Source of the DNA: Mustelus asterias
Lineage: Eukaryota
DNA: 64,000 nucleotides
Assembly: GCF_964213995.1 (NCBI RefSeq)
Contig: NC_135812.1
Location: forward strand, 78,306,001 to 78,370,000
Reading direction: 5' to 3'
Positions 38,173-51,814 of this stretch are shown one piece after another (the stretch's first letter is position 1; each line of letters begins with the position of its first letter). A program made the position numbers and the translations under genes. The notes below the pieces were generated by a model. That model made no database searches, was not told the DNA's origin, and saw only the letters and a program-made list of their open reading frames with translations.

Positions 38173-38310
38173 CTGAGTGTCCTGTAGGTGATCTCCCTGA
38201 CCTCGATGCCAAAGATCTCCTTAGCAGCATACTTAAAAATGTGTTCAAGGAAGCCATCAGAGCCCCTCCCATCATGCCTTACGATACACACATCACCTAT
38301 TTCTTCAAAT
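38173..38310 (-). CDS. NARF: NARF exon 9
   Basis: [45 protein letters not shown]; ag/gt, 138 nt. Confidence 0.93.
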
Positions 38311-38419
38311 CTTCACCGAAAATAAAACACGGGGGAAAAAAATGAATAAATAAAGAAGTTTGCATTTCTTTAAAAAGAACAGCATTATAGATGTATAAAG
38401 TTAAAAATGGAGACCTTAC

Positions 38420-38492
38420 ATATTGTCTAAGGCTGCTGGTTCCACTGTCGTCAACAGAAGACCTTTTTGTTCCATTATCTGCATTATTTCAC
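38420..38492 (-). CDS. NARF: NARF exon 8
   Basis: EIMQIMEQKGLLLTTVEPAALDN; ag/gt, 73 nt, phases 1/2 fit neighbours. Confidence 0.9.
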
Positions 38493-38959
38493 CTGGAACA
38501 ATAGGAAGGTACATTGAATTATTCTTGAAATGCATGCAAACATTTTGAAGGATAAAATACTTGCATTAAAAAAGAACTCAACAAAACATGCAATTTCTAT
38601 CTCCGATAATAAAAATTAGCTTTCATTTGTAAGTGTAATAAAACTAATCCGTATTTCCCACACTTCGTTTTGGCACCAGCATACAAATATGTCAGCATTT
38701 GTTTCCTCCAACCTACATTTCTTCTCCAGCACGCCACCTTTCTGTCACAATTAATTCACTAAATACCCCAAACATGTCACGCTAACTGCTGATCGAGTCA
38801 TATGCAGATTTTACTTCCTTATTTCTGATCTATATTTCAAAATTGAGCGCTATAAATTGATCATAAATGTAGCCACATATCTGACAGGAACTCAGATGAC
38901 AGATGCACCTGAGGAGATCAAACAAGGCAAAGGATCACACAATTAGAGGCAGGACACAG

Positions 38960-39662
38960 AGGTTGAGAGGAAATGAGGGGCCTTGGAGCGAATGTCCACA
39001 GATCCCTGAAGGCAGCAGGACCGGTTGATAAGCTGGTCAGGAAGGTGGATACTTTCATTATTTAGCCAATGCACAGGGAACAAAAGATGCTGGAACTATA
39101 CAGAACGTGAATTAAGGCCACAAACTGAGTGTGTAGTTCTGGTCAACTCATTATAGAAAGGATGTAATGGCACTGAGAAGGTGCAGAGGAGATTTCTGAG
39201 GATGTTGCCAGGACTAGAAAATGGCAGCCACGGGGAAAGATTGGATAGGCTGAGATTGTTCTCCTTGGAGCAGCGGAGGCGGAGGCGAGATTTGATTGAG
39301 ATGAAAATTGTGAGGGACCTTGATAGAATGAATGGGAAGAGCCTATTTACTTTAGCAGAGAGAGGTCAGTGACTTGGGGGGTGCAAATTTAAAGCAACTG
39401 GTAGAAGGATTAAAGGGGAGATGAGGAAAATTCTTTTTCACCAGAGGGTTGTGGGGGTCTGGAACTCACTGCCTGAAAGGGTAGTAGAGGCAGAAATCCT
39501 CAACTCATTTAAAAGGTGTCTGGATATGCAACTGAAGTGCCGTGACCTGCAGGGCTACAGACCAAATGATGGAAAGTGCAATTAGGCTAGGTGACTCATC
39601 CGTTGTGCAGGCACAATGGATCAAGTGGCATCCTTCTATGCAGCAAGTTTCCTAGGATTCTA
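38960..39662 (+). mobile_element. CR1 LINE 3' fragment, degraded
   Basis: QRRFLRMLPGLE..RLFSLEQRR. Confidence 0.8.
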
Positions 39663-40601
39663 AACAATTACAATTACTATAGGAAAGGACGCCTACACAG
39701 AGTCATTAAAGGAATGCCCTGCACTCTTTCATTCTTCTGTTGCTGTGAGCAAACACTAATCAATTCTACTGATGGCTCCAGTTTCTTTCAGCTCTGACCT
39801 CCTATCAAATTTGTGCTTTTTAAACTGACTCCACAGCCAACTTTCAGCTGAAGGTGCTGTTGATTCTCTCCAACCATCCATTTAATTCCTGTTGCCCAAG
39901 GTTCGAGTCCCTATTTGAACTTGCAACAGTTTTTATGCCTTTTATGGTACATGCGGACATGCCTCATCACCCAACTGTGTCCTTAATTCCAAATCAACAT
40001 TTGTCACTCTTTTACAGCAAGTGCTTCACGTTCATCGTTTCCCAACATTCCTCAAAGTTTATTCATGATTTTGCTTTTTAAAATTGCACATCATAAACCT
40101 GCACCATATGTTACATATTAAATCCCCAAATTCTCTTTCCAATAATTTCTCATCAACCTCACACCAACCTTCGTCACCATCGTGCTTCCATGGTGCCACC
40201 ATGTAGGGGAAATCTTTGGCGGAGGATGGTGTCAGTCTGGGTGTTTACAATAGCTACCCAGAAGTTAGAAGAGGTTTTAATTCTAACTTTGCGGGGTGGG
40301 GGGGGTAACTATTGGCAAAACCCTGGCCAAACCATCCAAAGTTTGCGATCTATAATCGCATTTTCGGAAGCTTCCTAATGCCGGATAATTATCCAGAGGA
40401 AGTTAGCTTTCTCGGGATGTGGGTCAATTGTGAGGTCAGCATTTATTGCCCATCCTAACTGCCCTCAAGGAGGGAGATGCTGCAGTCCCATACTTGGGAA
40501 CTTCCGAGAGGGATTCCTCAATGCATCTTTGGGATACCTCCCAAAAATGAGACCCTAGGGAGCTCATAGGTTACATCCCATTATATAGTTTCTGACGTGC
40601 A

Positions 40602-40720
40602 GGGTGGGATTTTCCAACCACGCTCGCCCCAAAGTCTGAAAATCCCACCTGATGTCAATGGGCCTTTGCATGGTCCGCCCCCTGTCTATGATTCCCGTGG
40701 CAGGTGGGAAAATTCCACCC
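40602..40720. mobile_element. ~120-bp MITE (Harbinger-like)
   Basis: TIRs GGGTGGGATTTTCC / GGAAAATTCCACCC. Confidence 0.65.
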
Positions 40721-40757
40721 CCCCGCACCACCACCTCAGTATTCTGGGCACAACATA

Positions 40758-41104
40758 CATAGAAACATAGAAACCCTACAGTGCAGAAAGAGGCCATTTG
40801 GCCCATCGAGTCTGCACCGATCACAATCCCACCCAGGCCGTACCCCTATATCCCTACATATTTCCCTGTTAATCCCTCTAACCTACGCATCTCAGGACAC
40901 TAAGGGGCATTTTTTAGCATAGCCAATCAACCTAACCCGCACATCTTTGGACTGTGGGAGGAAACCGGAGCACCCGGAGGAGACCCACGCAGACACGAGG
41001 AGAATGTGCAAACTCCACACAGACAGTGACCCAAGCCGGGAATCAAACCCAGGTCCCTGGAGCTATGAAGTAGCAGTGCTAACCACTGTGCTACCGTGCC
41101 ACCC
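40758..41104 (-). mobile_element. HE1/V-SINE-like SINE with CR1 tail
   Basis: Full head, core and (CATAGAAA)n tail. Confidence 0.88.
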
Positions 41105-41517
41105 TAAACTGAAACATGACTTCTGCCCAGTTCTCTTGAAGGATAAAATTTCAATGAGCTTTTAATCATCTTCTTGCGCCTGTCCACTAGCTTCTCATGA
41201 TATCTGTACATTTACAGTGGTTTTTCTGATACTCCACAGTTCCTCATCATTTAGAAATGATCACTAGTAGATTCTCCCAAAAATCTAAAAGTAATGAAAC
41301 ATTGTAGGCGCTGAAAATCCAAAACAACAGAAAATGACGGAGACATTTAGCAGATCCAAAAGCATCAATGGAGAGAGAATATTTTGCGTTTAACCCTATT
41401 ATTTAAACATTTCATGTTCTTCACCTAACCACATTACATCTCATGTTTTTTTTTTCCTTGTTTAGTGTGCTCACACACTTTCCGGATCAAACTTCCAAAA
41501 ATCTGTTGTAGTGTTAC

Positions 41518-41647
41518 CTGAAGTTAATACACAGTCGACACCCTGTATCTGGTTTACGCTGCTGTAAAAGTCTTCTCCAAGTGCCTCCAATTTTTTATCG
41601 TAACAAGGCGTTATAACTACATGGAAGATTTTCTCAGGGGACAGTTG
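41518..41647 (-). CDS. NARF: NARF exon 7
   Basis: [43 protein letters not shown]; ag/gt, 130 nt. Confidence 0.95.
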
Positions 41648-42024
41648 CTGGAAAGAAAAGAGCCAAAAAATGCCGAAACAAGTCAGTGCTTAAGCTTCTA
41701 ACATACTCAGTGCTGAAATTTGCTTATAGTTCTTAAATATTTACTGGGCACAGGTGGAATTATTTCTCAATAGGCTGAGCTGCAAGTTAAAAATTTATAT
41801 CTCATCATTTATAATTAGTGATATTTTCTACCCTATTTGCTGATTGAAGGATTGTATTAAAAGGAACATTCTTCTTGAAGAAATTTGCAGCATTTTAATA
41901 GTGCAATCCTCACATGAAAACATATAAATGGTTATAGCACAGGAGACAGCCATTTATACCATGTATATATGTGCTAGTGCCCGCGGCAGCAATTCGAGTA
42001 TCACTCCCTGGCCTTTTCCCTAGA

Positions 42025-42171
42025 ATTTTCCACTCACCTGAAGAAGGGGCTCAGAGCCTCGAAAGCTTGTGTGGCTTTTGCTACCAAATAAACCTGTTGG
42101 ACTTTAACCTGGTGTTGTTAAACTTCTTACTGTGTTTACCCCAGTCCAACGCCGGCATCTCCACATCATGA
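42025..42171 (+). mobile_element. Solo Penelope pLTR fragment with minimal hammerhead ribozyme
   Basis: Homologous to the 27858-27960 terminus; 12-bp TSD CTTTTCCCTAGA (42013-42024, 42172-42183); CTGAAGA...GAAA core. Confidence 0.85.
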
Positions 42172-42707
42172 CTTTTCCCTAGAGCCATGCAAACCTTCTC
42201 TTTTCAGATAATGATCCAACGCCCTATTAAAAGTCTCAACTGACCCTGCCTCCACCACACTCAGGCAGAGAACTCCAGACCGTAACCACATGCTGCATGA
42301 AAACATTTCTCCTCATGCTCCTTATATTTCCTTTGCCAATTAATCCATGCCCTCTGCTTCTCAATCCTACCACCAACAGGAACCGTTCCTCCCCATTATT
42401 TTCGACCACAGATGTAAACCATTTCTTTTGAGGTTTGATTGCATTTAGAACACTCTTACATTTTGGGATTTTTTTGTTCAAAGAGATGACCAATGGCCTA
42501 CTTCACCTTGAAATGCAAACAAAGGATGTCTGCATAAAGATGTGCAGGGTAGAAATAAATAATAAGCCAATTGGTCAATGTTGCACTGTTCAACATGCTG
42601 ACAGTTTCTAAATTTTGCTAATAAATGAGCCATTACAGTTCTAACTTCTGCCTTTTCTCAGCAGAGTCCTTCAGAAGAAATCATTCATCTTGTGGAAAAT
42701 ACCTTCA

Positions 42708-42920
42708 TAGAATCCTTTCAGTACAAAAGGAGGCCATTCGGCCCATCGAGCCTGCACCGACAACAATCCCACCCTACCCCCTAACTCTACATACTTTCCT
42801 TGCTAATCTCACCAAAACTAGGGTCAATTTAGCATGGCCAATTAACCTAACCAGCACATCTTTGGATTGTGGAAGGAAACCCACGCAGACACGGGGAGAA
42901 CGTGCAAACTCCACTCAGAC
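42708..42920 (-). mobile_element. HE1/V-SINE-like SINE, 5'-truncated
   Basis: Core and CR1-type tail. Confidence 0.75.
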
Positions 42921-43319
42921 CTTGGGCAGGTCCTGCAGCCCAAAATGACTGGGGTAAATAGATTGCCATTCGCGGGAGCACAGCAAAGTGCCATTAGCCA
43001 GGCGAGTGAAGAAAGCTATTAGTCTTATTCAGAATTGTTTTGGCTGTCAAAAGGTGCTCAGCAATGAGTAGGTTCCATGAAAAAATGGCAAGGCACTTTT
43101 CATGTCTCACATTGAAAATGATTCATGGCATGAAAGCAATGTTCAGTGACATGTTGACCAACACACCAGTATTTTGTGCCAACAAGTTTCCACCAATAGT
43201 AGATACGAGATGACGGAAGTCAATTTGTTTTCTTTTTAAGCTTTGCTCAAGTGCGGATTGTTAGCCAGGGCAACATGAACCCCAAAATCCACGTTGACGG
43301 TCAAAGTCCTATCGCGGAG

Positions 43320-43678
43320 GGGGAGATAGTGATGTTGTGGTAATGTCATTGAACTAGCATTCCAAAGGCTCAAGCTAGTGCTCTGGGACACAGGTTCAAA
43401 TCCTACCATGGCAGCTGGTGGAATTTAAACTAAATTAATGAATCTGGAATATGAAACTAGTTTCAATAATGGGACCATAACAATTGTTATAAAGATCATC
43501 TGGCTCACTAAGAATATCTGCTAACCTTACCAGTCTGGTCTACCGGTGACTCCAAATCAACAACAGTGTGGTTGACTCTCAACTGTCCTCCAAAATGGTC
43601 TAGCAAGCCAATCAGTTCAAGGGCAATTAGGGAATGCTGGTCTTGCCAGTGACATTTGCATCCCATGAAACAATAAAA
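43320..43678 (+). mobile_element. tRNA-derived SINE with CR1-type tail
   Basis: GGTTCAAATCC B-box; homologous to 520-865. Confidence 0.7.
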
Positions 43679-43738
43679 GCAAAACAAAAAGGGAACTGTG
43701 ATCAAGGCTAACACTTCAATCAATCACACCATTATTAC

Positions 43739-43857
43739 CTGCTTTTTGGCAAAATAGTCCTTTATCAGAGACCCCATGATCTGCTGGGGGGATTTAGCAG
43801 TGCAGATGTGGGGAAGTACAAGGCTGCCAAGGGCTTTTTCAGCATAACGAATCCAGC
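43739..43857 (-). CDS. NARF: NARF exon 6
   Basis: [39 protein letters not shown]; ag/gt, 119 nt. Confidence 0.95.
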
Positions 43858-44829
43858 CTGCAAAAGATTAGATTACACTTTTTAGATCAATAGCTGCAAG
43901 AGTTTGTTGTACCACTTTCCAGGAACAGTGATGGCGGCAACATTTGGGGATCTAATAGTGAAGGGCTCTTTGGTTGCTCATTTGACTATTCTTTTATACT
44001 AGCTCACAGGGATGTGTCATCACATGCCAATTATTACTTCCCTGTAGTCAAATAACCTGCTTTATTTAATTGGATTGATTTTAGATTGGAATTATTGAGT
44101 GAGCCGATTCCCATCTCTCTTTCCCTACCAGCCACCCTTCCTAGATATTCAATGTGCATTACGTCTCCTTCAGAATGCTAATAGTTGGGATTGCTTAATG
44201 CCCCACTAGACTTCAATGAGCCACCAACACCGATATTTAAACACCTTATCACCTTCAGGAGAAGACAGAAACCAGGGCAACTCTCATTGGTATTGTCTTC
44301 TTTGAGATGCAACGTAATATTTTACAAAGTGCACTAAGAACAGAACTGCAGCTACTAACTGCATCACTTGTTGATAAGCTTAAACACGAGGGGGAAAAAG
44401 TGTGCTTACCTCATGCCTTCACCCAGTCAGAACCAGAAAATTAAGGAAAAATAAAATGACTCATTAATAGGAAGTGTAACACATGTTTATTGCTCACAAG
44501 GAGGAATTGAATTACTGAGATTAGATTATCACTGTGACTCAGTACATTCACTTCCTTCTGTAAAATAAACCAGCTTAACCTCTCTAAAGTGTTTTGACTC
44601 CACCCAAGCACAGTGCAAGACATGCAGTTTAGATGACAAACATGTAATTGATATACTTTTTGGATATATGATTAATCAGAGGTACACTTCCCACCATGTG
44701 ATGATTAGACGTCTTTCGGGAAGCAGTGATGCTGAACTCCGCAGAATATTTAAAGCAGAACTGAAAATTGTAATGCATGCAATATTAAGAGTCATGTACA
44801 AGATAAACGTAATCTCAATCACTTCCCCT

Positions 44830-45275
44830 TCAGTAGCCCCTTAAGATTGAGGATGGACTTGCCTCCATTCTGGTTTTGACATGGCTGTATGACCTACAGA
44901 TCTGTCACATACAGGGCTCGTGTTAGGTGAAGGATTAGGTGGTTTCTGCACCCTCCTCGGCATCTCAACTTTACATCTGCATGTTCCTGACAAAGTCTCT
45001 CAATGTGTTAGGCGCCTTCCCAAATCCCAAGCATTCCCGCCAACTGAAGGGAGTCCCTGGCTCGTGACCTTCTCCATCTTGGTTGGTCACTCCCATGAGT
45101 TGGCAGGAATTTTTGCCCTCATCGGACATGCTGTGAGGAAGGTAATTCCACTGTTCTGAGAGTTTCCCGCAGTGATTGTGTTCCAAAACGAGCATTATTT
45201 TGGGGTCTGATATCAGGCACACAAGTAACACGTCCTGCCCATTGGGGCTGGTTTTGAGTGATTAGCGCTGTTATA
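44830..45275 (-). mobile_element. RTE-like LINE 3' fragment
   Basis: QNQPQWAGRVTCVPDIRP resembles the RTE ORF C-terminal WAGHV.RM.D.R.P. Confidence 0.5.
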
Positions 45276-45526
45276 AAACCATGCTTTTTATCACAAATGA
45301 CTTGTATACTGGGTTGGCTGAACCCACCAGACAAAACAGACAGCAGCATTTTAAGTGACCTGAAGAGCAGTTCTTAAGATGGCCAAGTATTTGCATAACT
45401 TCACCGTGCAATTAAAAAGCAATCAGAAAGGAGTTATTCTGTCTGGAAATAGCCCACCAGGACAGTCATCTTGAACAAGTTTAAATGGCCCATCCCCTGT
45501 ACTGCTCACAAACATCCAGGCATATT

Positions 45527-45651
45527 GGGTGGGATTTTAGAGCCCCACATCCCAAAACCATAAAATCCCGCCCGAGGTCAACAAACTTTTCAATAGTCCA
45601 TCCCTTGCCCGCTCCAATTCCTGTGGTGGACGGGATGGTAAAATTCCAGCC
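45527..45651. mobile_element. ~125-bp MITE (Harbinger-like)
   Basis: TIRs GGGTGGGATTTTA / TAAAATTCCAGCC; homologous to the 8537 and 40602 copies. Confidence 0.65.
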
Positions 45652-48600
45652 AATCTTTTTATTTAGGTGGGTGTGGACCGAGTTGTCCAACTTACTTTGG
45701 ACAACAGACTAGCCGAGAAGGGGACCTCACCGACTGCTTAGCCTAATCACTGGATATGGAGTGAGGGTGCCCCAGCTTGCTGACTATATTTAGTAACTGG
45801 CTCATTGGTCAATGGAGATCATGCGATAGGAAACTAATGAGAGAGAGAGAGAAAAGCAATCTCTGTTCCAGGGTCAGAGTCTGACAGACTGTGAGCGGAA
45901 CACAATGAGAAGACAACTTGTGGACCCTCTCCAGCTGTTCTGCAAGTGGGTGTCCAGCCTGGGTCTGACCAGCCAAAACAGCACGCTGCCCTCATCCAGG
46001 CAGCTGCTGACTTGAGGAAAAGACCAAGATTGTCCAAGACTAAGTTACATCTGCGCAGAATCCAGAAACATCACTGAACAAGACCCAAAACCATCCAACA
46101 CATCAACCAACCAGATCCATACATGACTGACTTTCTTTGGGCAGTTAAACAATTTAACCTCCCTCCTTGTCGCCTACTTCTATGTGCCAGTCTCTTGGTG
46201 CATGCAAGTGTTTTTATTATTCTCATCTAAAAGTGTGTTAAGAATAAAAATTATTTCCTGTTCGTCATTTTAAAAAAACTTCCAAGAAAAATTGTCCGTG
46301 TGGGTCTTTTACAATCACAGCACTTAGCAAATTCTTTTTAAAACAAAACACTTGCTGCAGTCAACTGAGAGAGAGGGGCGATTGGAAAAACTATCATTGT
46401 CTTACAGATACAATAATCATTTCTGCTGAATCATGGTTGGGTGCAGGATTGAGGAAACAAACTCCTCACTAGTTTTGGTTTAAAAACAACATTATTGAAT
46501 TGACTTCTCAATTCTGTTTTTTTTAAATAAAAACTTTACATGAAAGGCAGAAAACTATTCTACACAATTTAAAAACTTTAGTCCATTGGAAATGATTTAT
46601 TTTTCAGTAAAGGTGTGCCCCATTTGAAGTGTTTTCTAATAATGAGTCTTGCTTTAACACGATTGGTAAATTAGGGATGTTCCCCAACAGCACTTGCTGC
46701 CATTTTCATTTTAACATGGTTACTGAGTCTGTTCAATTTCTTTAGAAGAATCACACCCACTGCTCATTGACCCTCCCTCGCTTGTTCCCTCCCTTTTGTT
46801 ACCCCTCTCCTGAGCCCTGACTCTCTGAGAGGGAATGGTGGTGGTTGGGGTGTGGTGGAGGAGGGGGGTGTGGTGGAGGAGGGGGGTGTGTGGAGTCAGC
46901 GAGTGGGAGTGAAGAGGCAAATCAGGAGAGACAGCAAGGTGGAGCAGCGAGTCTGGAAAGGCAGTGAGTGGGAGATACTGTGAGCTGGAGGTGGGAGGTG
47001 GTGAGCAGCAGTTAATTTGAAAGAGTTAGAGAGAGAATATTTTGCCGCCAAGTTCAAAGCAGCCAATAGGTTTTTAAATTTAAAAGACAGTTCAGGAAAG
47101 TAATGCAAACTTAATATACATTTTCTTCTGGGAAAGTGATTTTCATTTCGCATGTTATTTTTTAGGAACACAATAGGAATGCTTAATGAGGGATTTCCTC
47201 TCCTTCAAGCAATGGTTCTTGGACAGGAACATCTAACTCTGTCTATGAGTACATCAGTAGCACTCCTTATTTAATCCAGTATTTATATTGTTTAAGACAA
47301 GACCGCTCAAATTTATCAGACAGGCTACAACATAAATGTCAAATCACACAGGGAATACAACCAGGCTTTCCTGGATCAAAATCAACATAAATTTAATTCT
47401 GCCTTTCAGTAAATACATGTCAAGACTGAGTCTTTCAGCTGATCTTGAAAACTGTCAGGCATTCATACCATAGCGATAGCAAAGCACGGATTCACCAGCA
47501 TATTACCAGGGATCATGGAATTATAGAGGAGATGTTTTTAAACATAGAGGCTACCTTCTTTGGAGCAGAGAAACTCAAGATGATTTAAGTGTTTTTTCTA
47601 AAGTGAAGAAGGGTTTTAAAAGAGGAAGATTATTTCTCTATTTTAAAGAATGTGACAAGGAGCTTTCAATTTAAAATACCAATAAGTGGGCATAAGGAAT
47701 GGGTTTGAATAAATGACTTTATGCTGGGAGTTGTTAAAGTGTATAAAGGTTTGCCCCAGGGAAGTCACTGAAGTAGAGACCACTACACTTCTAAGGGAAG
47801 CTTGGTTACACATTCGAAATGGAGAAAAATACAGGTTGATGAGAGGAGAACAGAACACTAGGATTAGTTTTGGATTGACATGGATAAGAGTTCACAGACT
47901 GTCATGATGAGCTGAATAGCCTCCCTGTTTGCTCCAAATTTCTCATTTGGGGAATATGCTTCGATAATCAGATATTTTCCCAAGGGTGTCATCTGTGTCA
48001 TTTTGTGTCATCTGATCATGGTATGCATATAACTCAATGATAAATAATAATATAGCTCAAAATCAAACAGCATTAACCATTGTCTCATGAGACATGAAGG
48101 CTGCCCATGGTACCAATGATAAAAGATATCAACTTACAGGATGTACTAGCCAATTTTAAAATTTAAAGTAAAAGTTAAAGTTTATTTATTGGTCACAAGA
48201 AAGGCTTACATTAACATTGCAATGAAAATAAAATGCAGCCTGCCTTAAAATATTCTCTATCCTAAATGAGTGTTTGGAATTTTCTTCCTCGGGGCAGTGG
48301 GGCTGGATCATTGAATATATTCAAGGCAGAGTTGGACAGATTGGGTGTTTGACAAGGGAGTCAAACGTTATGGGGTCAGGCAGGAAAGTGGAGTTAAGGC
48401 CATAATCTTACTGAATGACAGACCAGCCTCGAGGGCATGAATGCCATTTTCTTAATGTTCCCAAGTACACTACATCAACCATGAAGTCAAAGTTCTGGAC
48501 CTGTATTTTGTGAAGACAAAAGGCAAGTGTACACAAGTTGGAGAGTATGGGGCAGAAGGGAATATTTATATACAGAAATGAGACTGATGACCATTGTTGA

Positions 48601-49044
48601 TGCCACCAGTGTGAAACAAAAAAGGTCACTACAGGAATGACATTTAACATATCCTAGTGGCAGTTGATATTATGGGTCTACTTATCTTAACCACTTCTTG
48701 ACTAGGCAACCACTGTGTGTACTGATAACAGGGTGGGACATGTTGCAGCCCTACTGTAAAACCAAGCCGACATCTCATTTTCTGCTTCGATATGTTTCAT
48801 GAGTTTCAAGTGGTTTTACAAATGGATGGTGTCATAAAATGCAAAAATACATATTTGAACAAAAATTGTACTAATCGAGCAGAACTATACAATTTACAGT
48901 TCATTCACATTTATGAATGAAACACACTTACTGATACCAGAGACATTGATATACTGGAGAGATGTTTGGTGGCACCAAAAGTTTTAAATGCAGTTATGTA
49001 TCTGTTCCTTCAGCAACACATTTTTAAATTATGAAGTGGATTAC

Positions 49045-49179
49045 CTGGGCAAGCAGAGGCAAACATTGGTAAAGCTTGTTGGTCTTGGCTTCTCTGGTAA
49101 AAACGCTGAACGAATTCTCTTTGACTCTCAAGAAGGCTGAAATCAGCTGCCAATGTCATATCAAAGACATAATGCACTC
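49045..49179 (-). CDS. NARF: NARF exon 5
   Basis: [44 protein letters not shown]; ag/gt, 135 nt. Confidence 0.95.
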
Positions 49180-50348
49180 CTGAAAAACAAAATATATAAC
49201 ATTAATTGTGAGCAATAGTCAATTTATCTTGCTGCACAGAATCCCAGAAAATTCCAAACAATTTATCCTGCTGCACAGTGAAGATACCATTCGGTCCAGA
49301 GGCTGCACCAACTCTCTGACAGAGCATCTTATCCCGGCCCTCTCCCCCACCCCATCCCGTAACCCCACACGTTTCCCATGGCTAACTCATCTAACCTATG
49401 TATCTTGGGACTTGTGGGAGGAAATCGGAGCACCCAGAGAAAACCCACGCAGACAAGGAGGGGGGAAAATGTGAAAACTCCACACAAAGAAGTCTGTAAA
49501 ACTTCAGTTGAAGTACTTTATAGTACTGAACTAATTACATAGAATCTGATGCGACAGTAATTAGATTTTCCATTTGGAAATATATAATCTCTTCACTGTG
49601 TCTACTTATCCTGATTGCACACTTAAACTGATGAACAACAGAGTGGGAAGTTTAGTTCAAAGGAACAGCTACTAGCCTCAGGCAGAGAGACGTGTAACTG
49701 CACATTTGTTTTCAATGCGAGATTGAAGTACTAATGAGAAGCTACTTCACTTTAAAACTGGTTTTTGCTCAGAAGCTCAAATATAGGATAGGTACCAAAT
49801 AGCGGCACTGTTAAGCATTGCACAATTTTCCGGTGTACTCTTTTAAACTTGCAATTTGCCTTGATCTGCAAACAGTGCATTGGGTTAAAAAGAACCTTCT
49901 TGGCAATGTTGATGGTGAGACTGTGGGAACCTTTGGCGAGGATAGGTGCTAACTGTTCAGAAGTAGCACACTAGAATGTCACAGATTATCTCAGATATAA
50001 AAACAGAAGATGCTGGAAAATCTCAGCAGGTTAGATAGCATCTGTGGAGCAAGAATAGAGCCAAAGTTTTGAGTCTCCTCCTATTGCTGTCAGACCTGCT
50101 GAGATTTTCCAGCATTTTCTATTTTTGTCTCAGATTCCAGCATCACGGCCTTTTATTTTTCTCTCAGATATGTTTTCTTACAAAATAATTTACTCAAGAA
50201 AAAATTCTTGAAAATAGAAAGAAAATCGATAATTTCCATTTTCCAATTGAACATTTAAGGGCTACTGTAGCTTCCATTTTGATTGCATTTCACAATCAAT
50301 CTGATCTAAGCCAATTAAAGCCAAATATTAAAAACAAAATTTACTCAC

Positions 50349-50481
50349 CAAGACCTTTCAAGAATCCAGAAAGTCTTTGGATTACATCAGTAATGTTTAC
50401 ACAATGCTTTGCAGCAAAATAGGGCACTGACTGAGGGGAAATTGAAACGACCAGCACTTTGTGTTTGGACACATCACATCT
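50349..50481 (-). CDS. NARF: NARF exon 4
   Basis: RCDVSKHKVLVVSISPQSVPYFAAKHCVNITDVIQRLSGFLKGL; ag/gt, 133 nt. Confidence 0.95.
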
Positions 50482-51814
50482 CTACATAAAAAGGAAAGGA
50501 CATATCCATTAGTCAAACCCATTAAATCAATAAGTAGTTACTTTATACTTAAAGGCCTGCTGTAATTGCATTCCATAGGCTCCAAACTTATTGAGAACTG
50601 GTATGTAGAGCATTGAAGAAGTGGCGTCTATAGCGAAAGCATGAATAAAGCTTTCAGTAACGGGGTGGGTGAAGCAGCAGAAAAGGCAGGTCATATCGTG
50701 AAGGTGCAAGTAATGGATAGGATTGGGTATCTGAAATGCAGCTCAAAGACTTGGGTGGCACTCCACTCATTTAGCACTGAGCAGTCTGGGAAGAAATGGG
50801 GTAACTGAAGTTTGGTAGAATTAATTCACATTGACTGAAGGAGATGTTTGGCAAAGGTTAAGTCAAATTACATTTCTAAAACCTTTTGAGTCAGATGATC
50901 TCTGCGGGACATTGGTGGGGATGCAAATGGTCTGGATACTGCTGGGACAGGATGAGAACACAAGATCCATGGGTGCTCAGTTAGATCAGAATCATTGAGT
51001 CATTGTGTGATCTGAGAATTAGCCTCAACTATGGTGCCCACCAGTAGACAAATAATTGACAACCCGATATAACCTCAACACATGGAGTTGGCATCCAGAA
51101 ATCATCATCTTCTTCTGGAAGAGATGTGGAAAAAATTGAAAAATAATTTGCTGTATTTGATGCCTGCATTCAATTTCCATATACACAGTACAAGACATTA
51201 CTTTGCCAATAAAACAACATAATACCCAAATTACAGACTGAATGCAAAATGTGGGACAATAATCACAAAGCAATCTTGACAGCATAAATAACTCATTCAA
51301 ATGTTGACGATAAGAGCTTTTCGTCATGGAAACACCTCCACCAGTAGTCTGTAAATTACGATATTCCAGCTTTACCTGTAAATCGCTGAGTGACACCCAC
51401 TCAAGAACATTTCAATGACAATTTAGCAAACATTTCTAACGACTTAATTTTGTTAATGTCATCACAAATCAACCAACCATGAATATGCGGGCATTTAAAT
51501 ATCTGGGATCTTTGTAGAAGCAAATCCTTTGAATGCGAAATGGGCATTTCTTTGCTTTTTCCCCCAAAACTCTTGATTGTAATTCGTATTTTTCACATTA
51601 AATTCTGTATACCTTTCGCAAACAATGGTTTGGCAAATGAGGTACAATAAATGCCTAACTTAAAATTTAAGAACTTAATTAATTGAAATGTATTAAACTT
51701 AATTGAATACTTAGGTAGGTTTTTGATTCTTGGATGTTCTTAATGAAAGCACATCAAGGTTCAGATCAGCATTTTCATGTTCATTCCTAGATATCCTACA
51801 TGGACTGAAGTGCT

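Noticed and set aside
45700-46370. Possible solo LTR
   Set aside because: Has an AATAAA and LTR-like composition, but no clear termini, TSD or second copy in the window
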